Source of the DNA: Squalus acanthias
Lineage: Eukaryota
Length of the DNA: 64,000 nt
Assembly (NCBI GenBank): GCA_030390025.1
Contig: CM059432.1
Location: forward strand, 25,732,001 to 25,796,000
Reading direction: 5' to 3'
Shown in pieces: positions 45,301 through 57,300 of the stretch. Under the pieces are notes generated by a model, which had not been told where the DNA came from, made no database searches, and saw only the letters and a program-made list of their open reading frames with translations. Position numbers and translations under genes: made by a program. Every line of letters starts with the position of its first letter. Positions within the stretch are counted from its first letter, which is position 1.

Positions 45301-48300
45301 GGCCCGACCTCGCTCCTGGGCCTCGACCTCGCTCCTGGGTCCCGACCTCGCTCCTGGACCTCGACCTCACTCCTGGGCCTCGACCTCGTTCCTGGGAACC
45401 GTCCTCGTCCCTGGGCCTCGTACTCGCTCCTGGGCCTCGTCCTCGCTCCTGGGTCCTCACCTCGCTCCTGGGCCTTGACCTCGCTCCTGGGCCCCGTCCT
45501 CGCCCCTGGGCCTCATCCTTGCTCCTGGGCCTCATTCTCGCTCCAGACCCTCGACCTCGCTCCTGGGTCCCGACCTCGCTCCTGGGCCTTGACCTCGCTC
45601 CTGGGCCCAGTCCTCGCCCCTGGGCCTCATCCTCGCTCCTGGGCCTCATTCTCGCTCCTGGGCCTCGTCCTCGCTCCTGGGTCCTGACCTCACCCCTGGG
45701 CCTCATCCTCGCTCCTGGGCCTCGTCCTAGCTCCTGGGTCCCGACCTCGCTCGTGGGCCTCGTCCTCGCTCCTGGGCCTCGTCCTCGCTCCTGGGCCTCG
45801 ACCTCGCTCCTTGGTCCCGTCCTCGTCCCTGGGCCTCATCCTCGCTCCTGGGTCCTGACCTCACTCCTGGGCATTGTCCTCGCTCCTGGGCCCCGTCCTC
45901 ACCCCTGGGTCTCGTTCTCGCGCCTGGATCCCGTCCTTGCTCTTGGGTCCCGACCTCGCTCCTGGGCCTCGATTTTGCTTCTGGGCCCCGTCCTCATTCT
46001 CGGGCACCGACCTCACTCTTGGGTCTCGTCCTCGCTCCTGGGCACCGTCCTCGCTCCTGGACACCGTCCTCGCTACTGGGTCCCATCCTCGCTTCTGGGC
46101 CTCGTCCTCGCTCCTTGGCCTCGTCCTCGCTCTTGGGTCCCGACCTCGCTCCTGGGCCTTGTCCTCGTTCCTGGGTCTCGTCCTCGCTCCTGGGTCCCGA
46201 CCTCACTCCTGGGCCTCGACCTCGCTCCTGGGCCTCGACCTCGCTCCTGGGCACCGTCCTCGTCCCTGGGCCTCGTCCTCGCTCCTGGGCCTCGTCCTCG
46301 CTCCTGGGTCCTCACCTCGCTCCTGGGCCTTGACCTCGCTCCTGGGCCCCGTCCTCGCCTCTGGGCCTCATCCTTGCTCCTGGGCCTCATTCTCGCTCCA
46401 GACCCTCGACCTCGCTCCTGGGTCCTGACCTCGCTCCTGGGGTTGACCTCGCTCCTGGGCCCCGTCCTCGCCCCTGGGCCTAATCCTCGCTCCTGGGCCT
46501 CATTCTCGCTCCTGGGCCTCGTCCTCGCTCCTGGGTCCTGACCTCACCCCTGGGCCTCATCCTCGCTCCTGGGCCTTGACCTTGCTCCTGGGCCTCATCC
46601 TCGCTCCTGGGCCTCATCCTCGCTCCTGGGTCCCGACCTCGCTCCTGGGCCTCGTCCTCGCTCTTGGGCCTCGACCTCGCTCCTGGTACCCGACCTCACT
46701 CCTGGGCCTCGACCTCGCTCCTGGGTCCCGACCTCGCTCCTGGGCCTCGACCTCGCTCCTGGGCCTCGACCTCGCTCCTGGGCCTCGACCTCGCTCCTGG
46801 GCCCCGTCCTCGTCCCTGGGCCTCGTCCTCGCTCCTGGGCCTCGTCCTCGCTCCTGGGTCCTGACCTCGCTCCTGGGCCTTGACCTCGCTCCTGGGCCCC
46901 GTCCTCGCCCCTGGGCCTCATCCTCGCTCCTGGGACTCATTCTCGCTCCAGGCCCTCGACCTCGCTCCTGGGTCCTGACCTCGCTCCTGGGCCTTGACCT
47001 CGCTCCTGGGCCCCATGTTCGCTCCTGGGCCTCATCCTCGCTCCTGGGCCTCATTCTTGTTCCTGGGCCTCGTCCTCGCTCCTGGGTCCTGACCTCGCTC
47101 CTGGGCCTCGTCCTCGCTCCTGGGCCTCGACCTCGCTCCTGGGTCCAGACCTCGCTCCTGGGCCTCATCCTCGCTCCTGGGCATCGACCTCGCTCCTGGG
47201 TCCCGTCGTCGCTCCTGTGTCCCGACCTCGCTCCTGGGTCCTGACCTCACTCCTGGGCCACATCCTCGCTCCTGGGCCCCGTCCTCACCCCTGGGTCCCG
47301 ACCTCGCTCCTGGGCCTCGATTTTGCTCCTGGGCCCCATCCTCACTCTCGGGCACCGACCTCACTCTTGGTTCTCGTCCTCGCTCCTGGGCACTGTCGTC
47401 GCTCCTGGGCCTCGTCCTCGCACCTGGGTCCCGACCTCGCTCCTGGGCCTCGTCCTCACTCCTGGGCCTCGACCTCGCTCCTAGGTCCCGACCTCGCTCC
47501 TGGGCCTCGACCTCGCTCCTGGGTCCCGACCTCGCTCCTGGGCCGCGACCTCGCTCCTGGGCCTCGACCTCGCTCCTGGGCCCCGTCCTCGTCCCTGGGC
47601 ATCGTCCTCGCTCCTGGGCCTCGTCCTCGCTCCTGTGTCCTGACCTCGCTCCTGGGCCTTGACCTCGCTCCTGGGCCCCGTCCTCGCCCCTGGGCCTCTT
47701 CCTCGCTCCTGGGCCTCATTCTCGCTCCAGGCCCTCGACCTCGCTCCTGGGTCCTGACCTCGCTCCTGGGCCTTGACCTCGCTCCTGGGCCCCATGTTCG
47801 CCCCTGGTCCTCATCCTCGCTCCTGGGCCTCATTCTTGTTCCTGGGCCTCGTCCTCGCTCCTGGGTCCTGACCTCGCTCCTGGGCCTCGTCCTCGCTCCT
47901 GGGACTCGACCTCGCTGCTGGGTCCATACCTCGATCCTGGGCCTCATCCTCGCTCCTGGGCCTCGACCTCGCTCCTGGGTCCCGTCGTCGCTCCTGGGCC
48001 CCGACCTTGCTCCTGGGCCTCGACCTCGCTCCTGCGTCCCGTCCTCGCTCCTGGGTCCCGACCTCGCTCCTGGGCCTCGACCTCGCTCCTGGGCCTCGAC
48101 CTCGCTCCTGGGTCCCGACCTCACTCCTGGGCCTCGACCTCGCTCCTGGGCCTCGACCTCACTCCTGGGCCTCGACCTCGCTCCTGGGTCCCGACCTCGC
48201 TCCTGGGTCCCGTTCTCGCTCCTGGGCCCTGTCCTCGTCCCTGGGCCTCATCCTCGTCCCTGGGCCTCGTCCTCGCTCCTGGGCCTCGACCTCGCTCCTG

Positions 48301-51300
48301 GGTCCCGTCCTCGTCCCTGGGCCTCATCCTCGCTCCTGAGTCCTGACCTCACTCCTGGGCCTCGTCCTCGCTCCTGGGCCCCGTCCTCACCCCTGGGTCT
48401 AGTTCTCGCGCCTGGATCCCGTCCTCGCTCCTGGGTCCCGACCTCGCTCCTGGGCCTCGATTTTGCTTCTGGGCCCCGTCCTCACTCTTGGGCACCGACC
48501 TCACTCTTGGGTCTCGTCCTCGCTCCTGGGCACCGTCCTCGCTCCTGGACACCGTCCTCGCTCGTGGGTCCCATCCTCGCTTCTGGGCCTCGTCCTCGCT
48601 CCTGGGCCTCGTCCTCGCTCCTGGGTCCCGACCTCGCTCCTGGGTCTTGTCCTCGCTCCTGGTCCTCGACCTCGCTCCTGGGTCTCGTCCTCGCTCCTGG
48701 GGCCCGACCTCGCTCCTGGGCCTCGACCTCGCTCCTGGGTCCCGACCTCGCTCCTGGACCTCGACCTCACTCCTGGGCCTCGACCTCGCTCCTGGGCCCC
48801 GTCCTCGTCCCTGGGCCTCGTCCTCGCTCCTGGGCCTCGACCTCGCTCCTGGGTCCCGTCCTCGTCCCTGGGCCTCATTCTCGCTCCTGGGTCCTGACCT
48901 CACCCCTGGGCCTCATCCTCGCTCCTGGGCCTCGTCCTAGCTCCTGGGTCCCGACCTCGCTCGTGGGCCTCGTCCTCGCTCCTGGGCCTCGACCTCGCTC
49001 CTGGGTCCCGTGCTCGCTCATGGGCCTCGACCTCACTCCTGGGCCTTGACCTCGCTCCTGGGTCCCGACCTCACTCCTGGGCCTCGACCTCGCTCCTGGG
49101 CCTCAACCTCGCTCCTGGGCCTCGACCTCGCTCCTGGGTCCCGACCTCGCTCCTGGGGCTCGACCTCGCTCCTGGGCCTCGACCTCGCTCCTGGGCCTCG
49201 ACCTCGCTCCTGGGCCCCGTCCTCGTCCCTGGGCCTCGTCCTCGCTCCTGGGCCTCGACCTCGCTCCTGGGTCCCGTCCTCGTCCCTGGGCCTCATTCTC
49301 GCTCCTGGGTCCTGACCTCACTCCTGGGCCTCGTCCTCGCTCCTGGGCCCCGTCCTCACCCCTGGGTCTAGTTCTCGCGCCTGGATCCCGTCCTCGCTCC
49401 TGGGTCCCGACCTCGCTCCTGGGCCTCGATTTTGCTTCTGGGCCCCGTCCTCACTCTCGGGCACCGACCTCACTCTTGGGTCTCATCCTCGCTCCTGGGC
49501 ACCGTCCTCGCTCCTGGACACCGTCCTCGCTCCTGGGTCCCATCCTCGCTTGTGGGCCTCGTCCTCGCTCTGGGCCTCGTCCTCGCTCCTGGGTCCCGAC
49601 CTCGCTCCTGGGTCTTGTCCTCGCTCCTGGTCCTCGACCTCGCTCCTGGGTCTCGTCCTCGCTCCTGGGCCCGACCTCGCTCCTGGGTCCCGACCTCGCT
49701 CCTGGACCTCGACCTCACTCCTGGGCCTCGACCTCGTTCCTGGGCACCGTCCTCGTCCCTGGTCCTCGTCCTCGCTCCTGGGCCTCATCCTCGCTCCTGG
49801 GTCCTCACCTCGCTCCTGGGCCATGACCTCGCTCCTGGGCCCCGTCCTCGCCCCTGGGCCTCATCCTTGCTCCTGGGCCTCATTCTCGCTCCAGACCCTC
49901 GACCTCGCTCCTGGGTCCTGACCTCGCTCCTGGGCCCAGACCTCGCCCCTGGGCCTCATCCTCGCTCCTGGGCCTCATTCTCGCTCCTGGGCCTCGTCCT
50001 CGCTCCTGGGTCCTGACCTCACCCCTGGGCCTCATCCTCGCTCCTGGGCCTCGTCCAAGCTCCTGGGTCCCGACCTCGCTCCTGGGCCTCGTCCTCGCTC
50101 CTGGGCCTCGACCTCGCTCCTGGGTCCCGACCTCACCCCTGGGCCTCATCCTCGTTCCTGGGCCTCGTCCTCGCTCCTGGGCCTCGACCTCGCTCCTGGG
50201 CCTCGACCTCGCTCCTGGGCCTTGACCTCGCTCCTGGGCCCCGTCCTCGCCCCTGGGCCTCATCCTCGCTCCTGGGCATCATTCTCGCTCCAGGCCCTCG
50301 ACCTCGCTCCTGGGTCCTGACATCGCTCCTGGGCCTCGTCCTCGCTCTTGGGCCTCGACCTCGCTGCTGGGTCCAGACCTCGCTCCTGGGCCTCATCCTC
50401 GCTCCTGGGCCTCGAACTCGCTCCTGGGTCCCGTCGTCGTTCCTGTGTCCCGACCTCGCTCCTGGGTCCCGACCTCGCTCCTGGGCCCCGACCTTGCTCC
50501 TGGGCCTCGACCTCGATCCTGCGTCCCGTCCTCGCTCCTGGGTCCCGACCTCGCTCCTGGGCCGCGACCTCGCTCCTGGGCCTCGATCTCGCTCCTGGGT
50601 CCCGACCTCGCTCCTGGGTCTTGTCCTCGCTCCTGGGCCTCGACCTCGCTCCTGGGTCTTGTCCTCGCTCCTGGTCCTCGACCTCGCTCCTGGGTCTCGT
50701 CCTCGCTCCTGGGGCCCGACCTCGCTCCTGGGCCTCGACCTCGCTCCTGGGTCCCGACCTCGCTCCTGGACCTCGACCTCACTCCTGGGCCTCGAACTCG
50801 TTCCTGGGCACCGTCCTCGTCCCTGGGCCTCGTCCTCGCTCCTGGGCCTCGTCCTCGCTCCTGGGTCCTCACCTCGCTCCTGGGCCTTGACCTCGCTCCT
50901 GGGCCCCGTCCTCGCCCCTGGGCCTCATCCTTGCTCCTGGGCCTCATTCTCGCTCCAGACCCTCGACCTCGCTCCTGGGTCCTGACCTCGCTCCTGGGCC
51001 CAGACCTCGCCCCTGGGCCTCATCCTCGCTCCTGGGCCTCATTCTCGCTCCTGGGCCTCGTCCTCGCTCCTGGGTCCTGACCTCACCCCTGGGCCTCATC
51101 CTCGCTCCTGGGCCTCGTCCTAGCTCCTGGGTCCCGACCTCGCTCCTGGGCCTCGTCCTCGCTCCTGGGCCTCGACCTCGCTCCTGGGTCCCGACCTCAC
51201 CCCTGGGCCTCATCCTCGTTCCTGGGCCTCGTCCTCGCTCCTGGGCCTCGACCTCGCTCCTGGGCCTCGACCTCGCTCCTGGGCCTCGACCTCGCTCCTG

Positions 51301-54300
51301 GGTCCCGACCTCGCTCCTGGGCCTCGACCTCGCTCCTGGGCCTCGACTTCGCTCCTGGGCCTCGACCTCGCTCCTGGGCCCCGTCCTCGTCCCTGGGCCT
51401 CGTCCTCGCTCCTGGGCCTCGTCCTCGCTCCTGGGTCCTGACCTCGCTCCTGGGCCTTGACCTCGCTCCTGGGCCCCGTCCTCGCCCCTGGGCCTCATCC
51501 TCGCTCCTGGGCCTCATTCTCGCTCCAGGCCCTCGACCTCGCTCCTGGGTCCTGACCTCGCTCCTGGGCCTTGACCTCGCTCCTGGGCCCCATGTTCGCC
51601 CCTGGGCCTCATCCTCGCTCCTGGGCCTAATTCTTGTTCCTGGGCCTCGTCCTCGCTCCTGGGTCCTGACATCGCTCCTGGGCCTCGTCCTCGCTCTTGG
51701 GCCTCGACCTCGCTGCTGGGTCCAGACCTCGCTCCTGGGCCTCATCCTCGCTCCTGGGCCTCGAACTCGCTCCTGGGTCCCGTCGTCGTTCCTGTGTCCC
51801 GACCTCGCTCCTGGGTCCCGACCTCGCTCCTGGGCCCCGACCTTGCTCCTGGGCCTCGACCTCGCTCCTGCGTCCCGTCCTCGCTCCTGGGTCCCGACCT
51901 CGCTCCTGGGCCGCGACCTCGCTCCTGGGCCTCGACCTCGCTCCTGGGTCCGGCCTCACTCCTGGGCCTCGACCTCGCTCCTGGGTCCCGTGCTCGCTCA
52001 TGGGCCTCGACCTCACTCCTGGGCCTTGACCTCGCTCCTGGGTCCCGACCTCACTCTGGGCCTCGACCTCGCTCCTGGGCCTCAACCTCGCTCCTGGGCC
52101 TCGATTTTGCTCCTGGGTTCCGTCCTCGCTCCTGGGCCTCGACCTTGCTCCTGGGCACCGACCTCGCTGTTGGGTCTCGTCCTCGCTCCTGGGCCTCATC
52201 CTCGCTCCTGGGTCCCGACCTCGCTCCTGGGCCTCGACCTCGCTCCTTGGTCCCGACCTCGCTCTTGGGCCTCGTCCTCGCTCCTGGGCCTCGACCTCGC
52301 TCCTGGGTCCCGACCTCGCTCCTGGGCCTTGTCCTCGCTCCTGGGCCTCGAACTCGCTCCTGGGCCTCGACCTCGCTCCTGGGCCTCGACCTCACTCCTG
52401 GGCCTTGACCTCGCTCCTGGGTCCCGACCTCGCTCCTGGGTCCCGTTCTCGCTCCTGGGCCCTGTCCTCGTCCCTGGGCCTCATCCTCGTCCCTGGGCCT
52501 CGTCCTCGCTCCTGGGCCTCGACCTCGCTCCTGGGTCCCGTCCTCGTCCCTGGGCCTCATCCTCGCTCCTGGGTCCTGACCTCACTCCTGGGCCTCGTCC
52601 TTGCTCCTGGGCCCCGTCCTCACCCCTGGGTCTAGTTCTCGCGCCTGGATCCCGTCCTCGCTCCTGGGTCCCGACCTCGCTCCGGGGCCTCGATTTTGCT
52701 TCTGGGCCCCGTCCTCACTCTCGGGCACCGACCTCACTCTTGGGTCTCGTCCTCGCTCCTGGGTCCCGACCTCGCTCCTGGGCCTCGACCTCGCTCCTGG
52801 GCCTCGACCTCACTCCTGGGCCTCGACCTCGCTCCTGGGCCCCGTCCTCGCCCCTGGGCCTCGTCCTCGCTCCTGGGCCTCGTCCTCGCTCCTGGTCCTC
52901 GACCTCGCTCCTGGGCCTCGACCTCGATCCTGGGCCTCGACCTCGCTCCTGGGCCTCGACCTCGCTCCTGGGCCTCGACCTCGCTCCTGGGCCTCGACCT
53001 CGCTCTGGGCCTCGACCTCGCTCCTGGGCCTCGACCTCGCTCCTGGGCCCGACCTCGCCCTGGGCCTCGACCTCGCTCCTGGGCCCGAACTCGCCCTGGG
53101 CCTCGACCTCGCTCCTGGGTCCCGACCTCGCTCCTGGCCTCGACCTCGCTCCTGGGCCTCGACCTCGGTCCTGGGTCCCGACCTCGTCCTGGGCCTCGAC
53201 CTCGCTCCTGGGCCTCGACCTCGCTCCTGGGCCTCGACCTCGCTCCTGGGCCTCGACCTCGCTCCTGGGCCTCGACCTCGCTCCTGGGCCCGACCTCGCT
53301 CCTGGGCCTCGACCTCGCTCCTGGGCCTCGACCTCGCTCCTGGGCCTCGACCTCGCTCCTGGGCCCGACCTCGCTCCTGTGCCTCGACCTCGCTCCTGGG
53401 TCCCGGCCTCACTCCTGGGCCTCGACCTCGCTCCTGGGTCCCGTGCTCGCTCATGGGCCTCGACCTCACTCCTGGGCCTTGACCTCGCTCCTGGGTCCCG
53501 ACCTCACTCCTGGGCCTCGACCTCGCTCCTGGGCCTCAACCTCGCTACTGGGCCTCGACCTCGCTCCTGGGTCCCGACCTCGCTCTTGGGCCTCATCCTC
53601 GCTCCTGGGCCTCGACCTCGCTCCTGGGTCCCGACCTCGCTCCTGGGCCTTGTCCTCGCTCCTGGGCCTCGACCTCGCTCCTGGGTCTCGACCTCGCTCC
53701 TGGGTCCTGTTCTTGCTACTGGGGCCCGTCCTCGTCCCTGGGCCTCATCCTCGTCCCTGGGCCTCGTCCTCGCTCATGGGCCTCGACCTCGCTCCTGGGC
53801 CCCGTCCTCGTCCCTGGGCCTCGTCCTCGCTCCTGGGCACCGACCTCGCTGTTGGGTCTCGTCCTCGCTCCTGGGTCCTGACCTCGCTCCTGGGTCCTGA
53901 CCTCGCTCCTGGGCCTCATCCTCGCTCCTGGGCCTCGACCTCGCTCCTGGGTCCCGTCGTCGCTCCTGGGCCCCGACCTTGCTCCTGGGCCTCGACCTCG
54001 CTCCTGCGTCCCGTCCTCGCTCCTGGGTCCCGACCTCGCTCCTGGGCCTCGACCTCGCTCCTGGGCCTCGACCTCGCTCCTGGGTCCCGACCTCACTCCT
54101 GGGCCTCGACCTCGCTCCTGGGCCTCGACCTCACTCCTGGGCCTCGACCTCGCTCCTGGGTCCCGACCTCGCTCCTGGGTCCCGTTCTCGCTCCTGGGCC
54201 CTGTCCTCGTCCCTGGGCCTCATCCTCGTCCCTGGGCCTCGTCCTCGCTCCTGGGCCTCGACCTCGCTCCTGGGTCCCGTCCTCGTCCCTGGGCCTCATC

Positions 54301-57300
54301 CTCGCTCCTGAGTCCTGACCTCACTCCTGGGCCTCGTCCTCGCTCCTGGGCCCCGTCCTCACCCCTGGGTCTAGTTCTCGCGCCTGGATCCCGTCCTCGC
54401 TCCTGGGTCCCGACCTCGCTCCTGGGCCTCGATTTTGCTTCTGGGCCCCGTCCTCACTCTTGGGCACCGACCTCACTCTTGGGTCTCGTCCTCGCTCCTG
54501 GGCACCGTCCTCGCTCCTGGACACCGTCCTCGCTCGTGGGTCCCATCCTCGCTTCTGGGCCTCGTCCTCGCTCCTGGGCCTCGTCCTCGCTCCTGGGTCC
54601 CGACCTCGCTCCTGGGTCTTGTCCTCGCTCCTGGTCCTCGACCTCGCTCCTGGGTCTCGTCCTCGCTCCTGGGGCCCGACCTCGCTCCTGGGCCTCGACC
54701 TCGCTCCTGGGTCCCGACCTCGCTCCTGGACCTCGACCTCACTCCTGGGCCTCGACCTCGCTCCTGGGCCCCGTCCTCGTCCCTGGGCCTCGTCCTCGCT
54801 CCTGGGCCTCGACCTCGCTCCTGGGTCCCGTCCTCGTCCCTGGGCCTCATTCTCGCTCCTGGGTCCTGACCTCACCCCTGGGCCTCACCTCGCTCCTGGG
54901 CCTCGTCCTAGCTCCTGGGCCCGACCTCGCTCGTGGGCCTCGTCCTCGCTCCTGGGCCTCGACCTCGCTCCTGGGTCCCGTGCTCGCTCATGGGCCTCGA
55001 CCTCACTCCTGGGCCTTGACCTCGCTCCTGGGTCCTCGACCTCACTCCTGGGCCTCGACCTCGCTCCTGGGCCTCAACCTCGCTCCTGGGCCTCGACCTC
55101 GCTCCTGGTCCCGACCTCGCTCCTGGGGCTCGACCTCGCTCCTGGGCCTCGACCTCGCTCCTGGGCCTCGACCTCGCTCCTGGGCCCCGTCCTCGTCCCT
55201 GGGCCTCGTCCTCGCTCCTGGGCCTCGACCTCGCTCCTGGGTCCCGTCCTCGTCCCTGGGCCTCGACCTCGCTCCTGGGTCCTGACCTCGCTCCTGGGCC
55301 TCGTCCTCGCTCCTGGGCCCCGTCCTCACCCCTGGGTCTAGTTCTCGCGCCTGGATCCCGTCCTCGCTCCTGGGTCCCGACCTCGCTCCTGGGCCTCGAT
55401 TTTGCTTCTGGGCCCCGTCCTCACTCTCGGGCACCGACCTCACTCTTGGGTCTCATCCTCGCTCCTGGGCACCGTCCTCGCTCCTGGACACCGTCCTCGC
55501 TCCTGGGTCCCATCCTCGCTTGTGGGCCTCGTCCTCGCTCCTGGGCCTCGTCCTCGCTCCTGGGTCCCGACCTCGCTCCTGGGTCTTGTCCTCGCTCCTG
55601 GTCCTCGACCTCGCTCCTGGGTCTCGTCCTCGCTCCTGGGGCCCGACCTCGCTCCTGGGTCCCGACCTCGCTCCTGGACCTCGACCTCACTCCTGGGCCT
55701 CGACCTCGTTCCTGGGCACCGTCCTCGTCCCTGGTCCTCGTCCTCGCTCCTGGGCCTCATCCTCGCTCCTGGGTCCTCACCTCGCTCCTGGGCCATGACC
55801 TCGCTCCTGGGCCCCGTCCTCGCCCCTGGGCCTCATCCTTGCTCCTGGGCCTCATTCTCGCTCCAGACCCTCGACCTCGCTCCTGGGTCCTGACCTCGCT
55901 CCTGGGCCCAGACCTCGCCCCTGGGCCTCATCCTCGCTCCTGGGCCTCATTCTCGCTCCTGGGCCTCGTCCTCGCTCCTGGGTCCTGACCTCACCCCTGG
56001 GCCTCATCCTCGCTCCTGGGCCTCGTCCAAGCTCCTGGGTCCCGACCTCGCTCCTGGGCCTCGTCCTCGCTCCTGGGCCTCGACCTCGCTCCTGGGTCCC
56101 GACCTCACCCCTGGGCCTCATCCTCGTTCCTGGGCCTCGTCCTCGCTCCTGGGCCTCGACCTCGCTCCTGGGCCTCGACCTCGCTCCTGGGCCTTGACCT
56201 CGCTCCTGGGCCCCGTCCTCGCCCCTGGGCCTCATCCTCGCTCCTGGGCATCATTCTCGCTCCAGGCCCTCGACCTCGCTCCTGGGTCCTGACATCGCTC
56301 CTGGGCCTCGTCCTCGCTCTTGGGCCTCGACCTCGCTGCTGGGTCCAGACCTCGCTCCTGGGCCTCATCCTCGCTCCTGGGCCTCGAACTCGCTCCTGGG
56401 TCCCGTCGTCGTTCCTGTGTCCCGACCTCGCTCCTGGGTCCCGACCTCGCTCCTGGGCCCCGACCTTGCTCCTGGGCCTCGACCTCGATCCTGCGTCCCG
56501 TCCTCGCTCCTGGGTCCCGACCTCGCTCCTGGGCCGCGACCTCGCTCCTGGGCCTCGATCTCGCTCCTGGGTCCCGACCTCGCTCCTGGTCTTGTCCTCG
56601 CTCCTGGGCCTCGACCTCGCTCCTGGGTCTTGTCCTCGCTCCTGGTCCTCGACCTCGCTCCTGGGCCTCGTCCTCGCTCCTGGGGCCCGACCTCGCTCCT
56701 GGGCCTCGACCTCGCTCCTGGGTCCCGACCTCGCTCCTGGACCTCGACCTCACTCCTGGGCCTCGACCTCGTTCCTGGGCACCGTCCTCGTCCCTGGGCC
56801 TCGTCCTCGCTCCTGGGCCTCGTCCTCGCTCCTGGGTCCTCACCTCGCTCCTGGGCCTTGACCTCGCTCCTGGGCCCCGTCCTCGCCCCTGGGCCTCATC
56901 CTTGCTCCTGGGCCTCATTCTCGCTCCAGACCCTCGACCTCGCTCCTGGGTCCTGACCTCGCTCCTGGGCCCAGACCTCGCCCCTGGGCCTCATCCTCGC
57001 TCCTGGGCCTCATTCTCGCTCCTGGGCCTCGTCCTCGCTCCTGGGTCCTGACCTCACCCCTGGGCCTCATCCTCGCTCCTGGGCCTCGTCCTAGCTCCTG
57101 GGTCCCGACCTCGCTCCTGGGCCTCGTCCTCGCTCCTGGGCCTCGACCTCGCTCCTGGGTCCCGACCTCACCCCTGGGCCTCATCCTCGTTCCTGGGCCT
57201 CGTCCTCGCTCCTGGGCCTCGACCTCGCTCCTGGGCCTCGACCTCGCTCCTGGGCCTCGACCTCGCTCCTGGGTCCCGACCTCGCTCCTGGGCCTCGACC

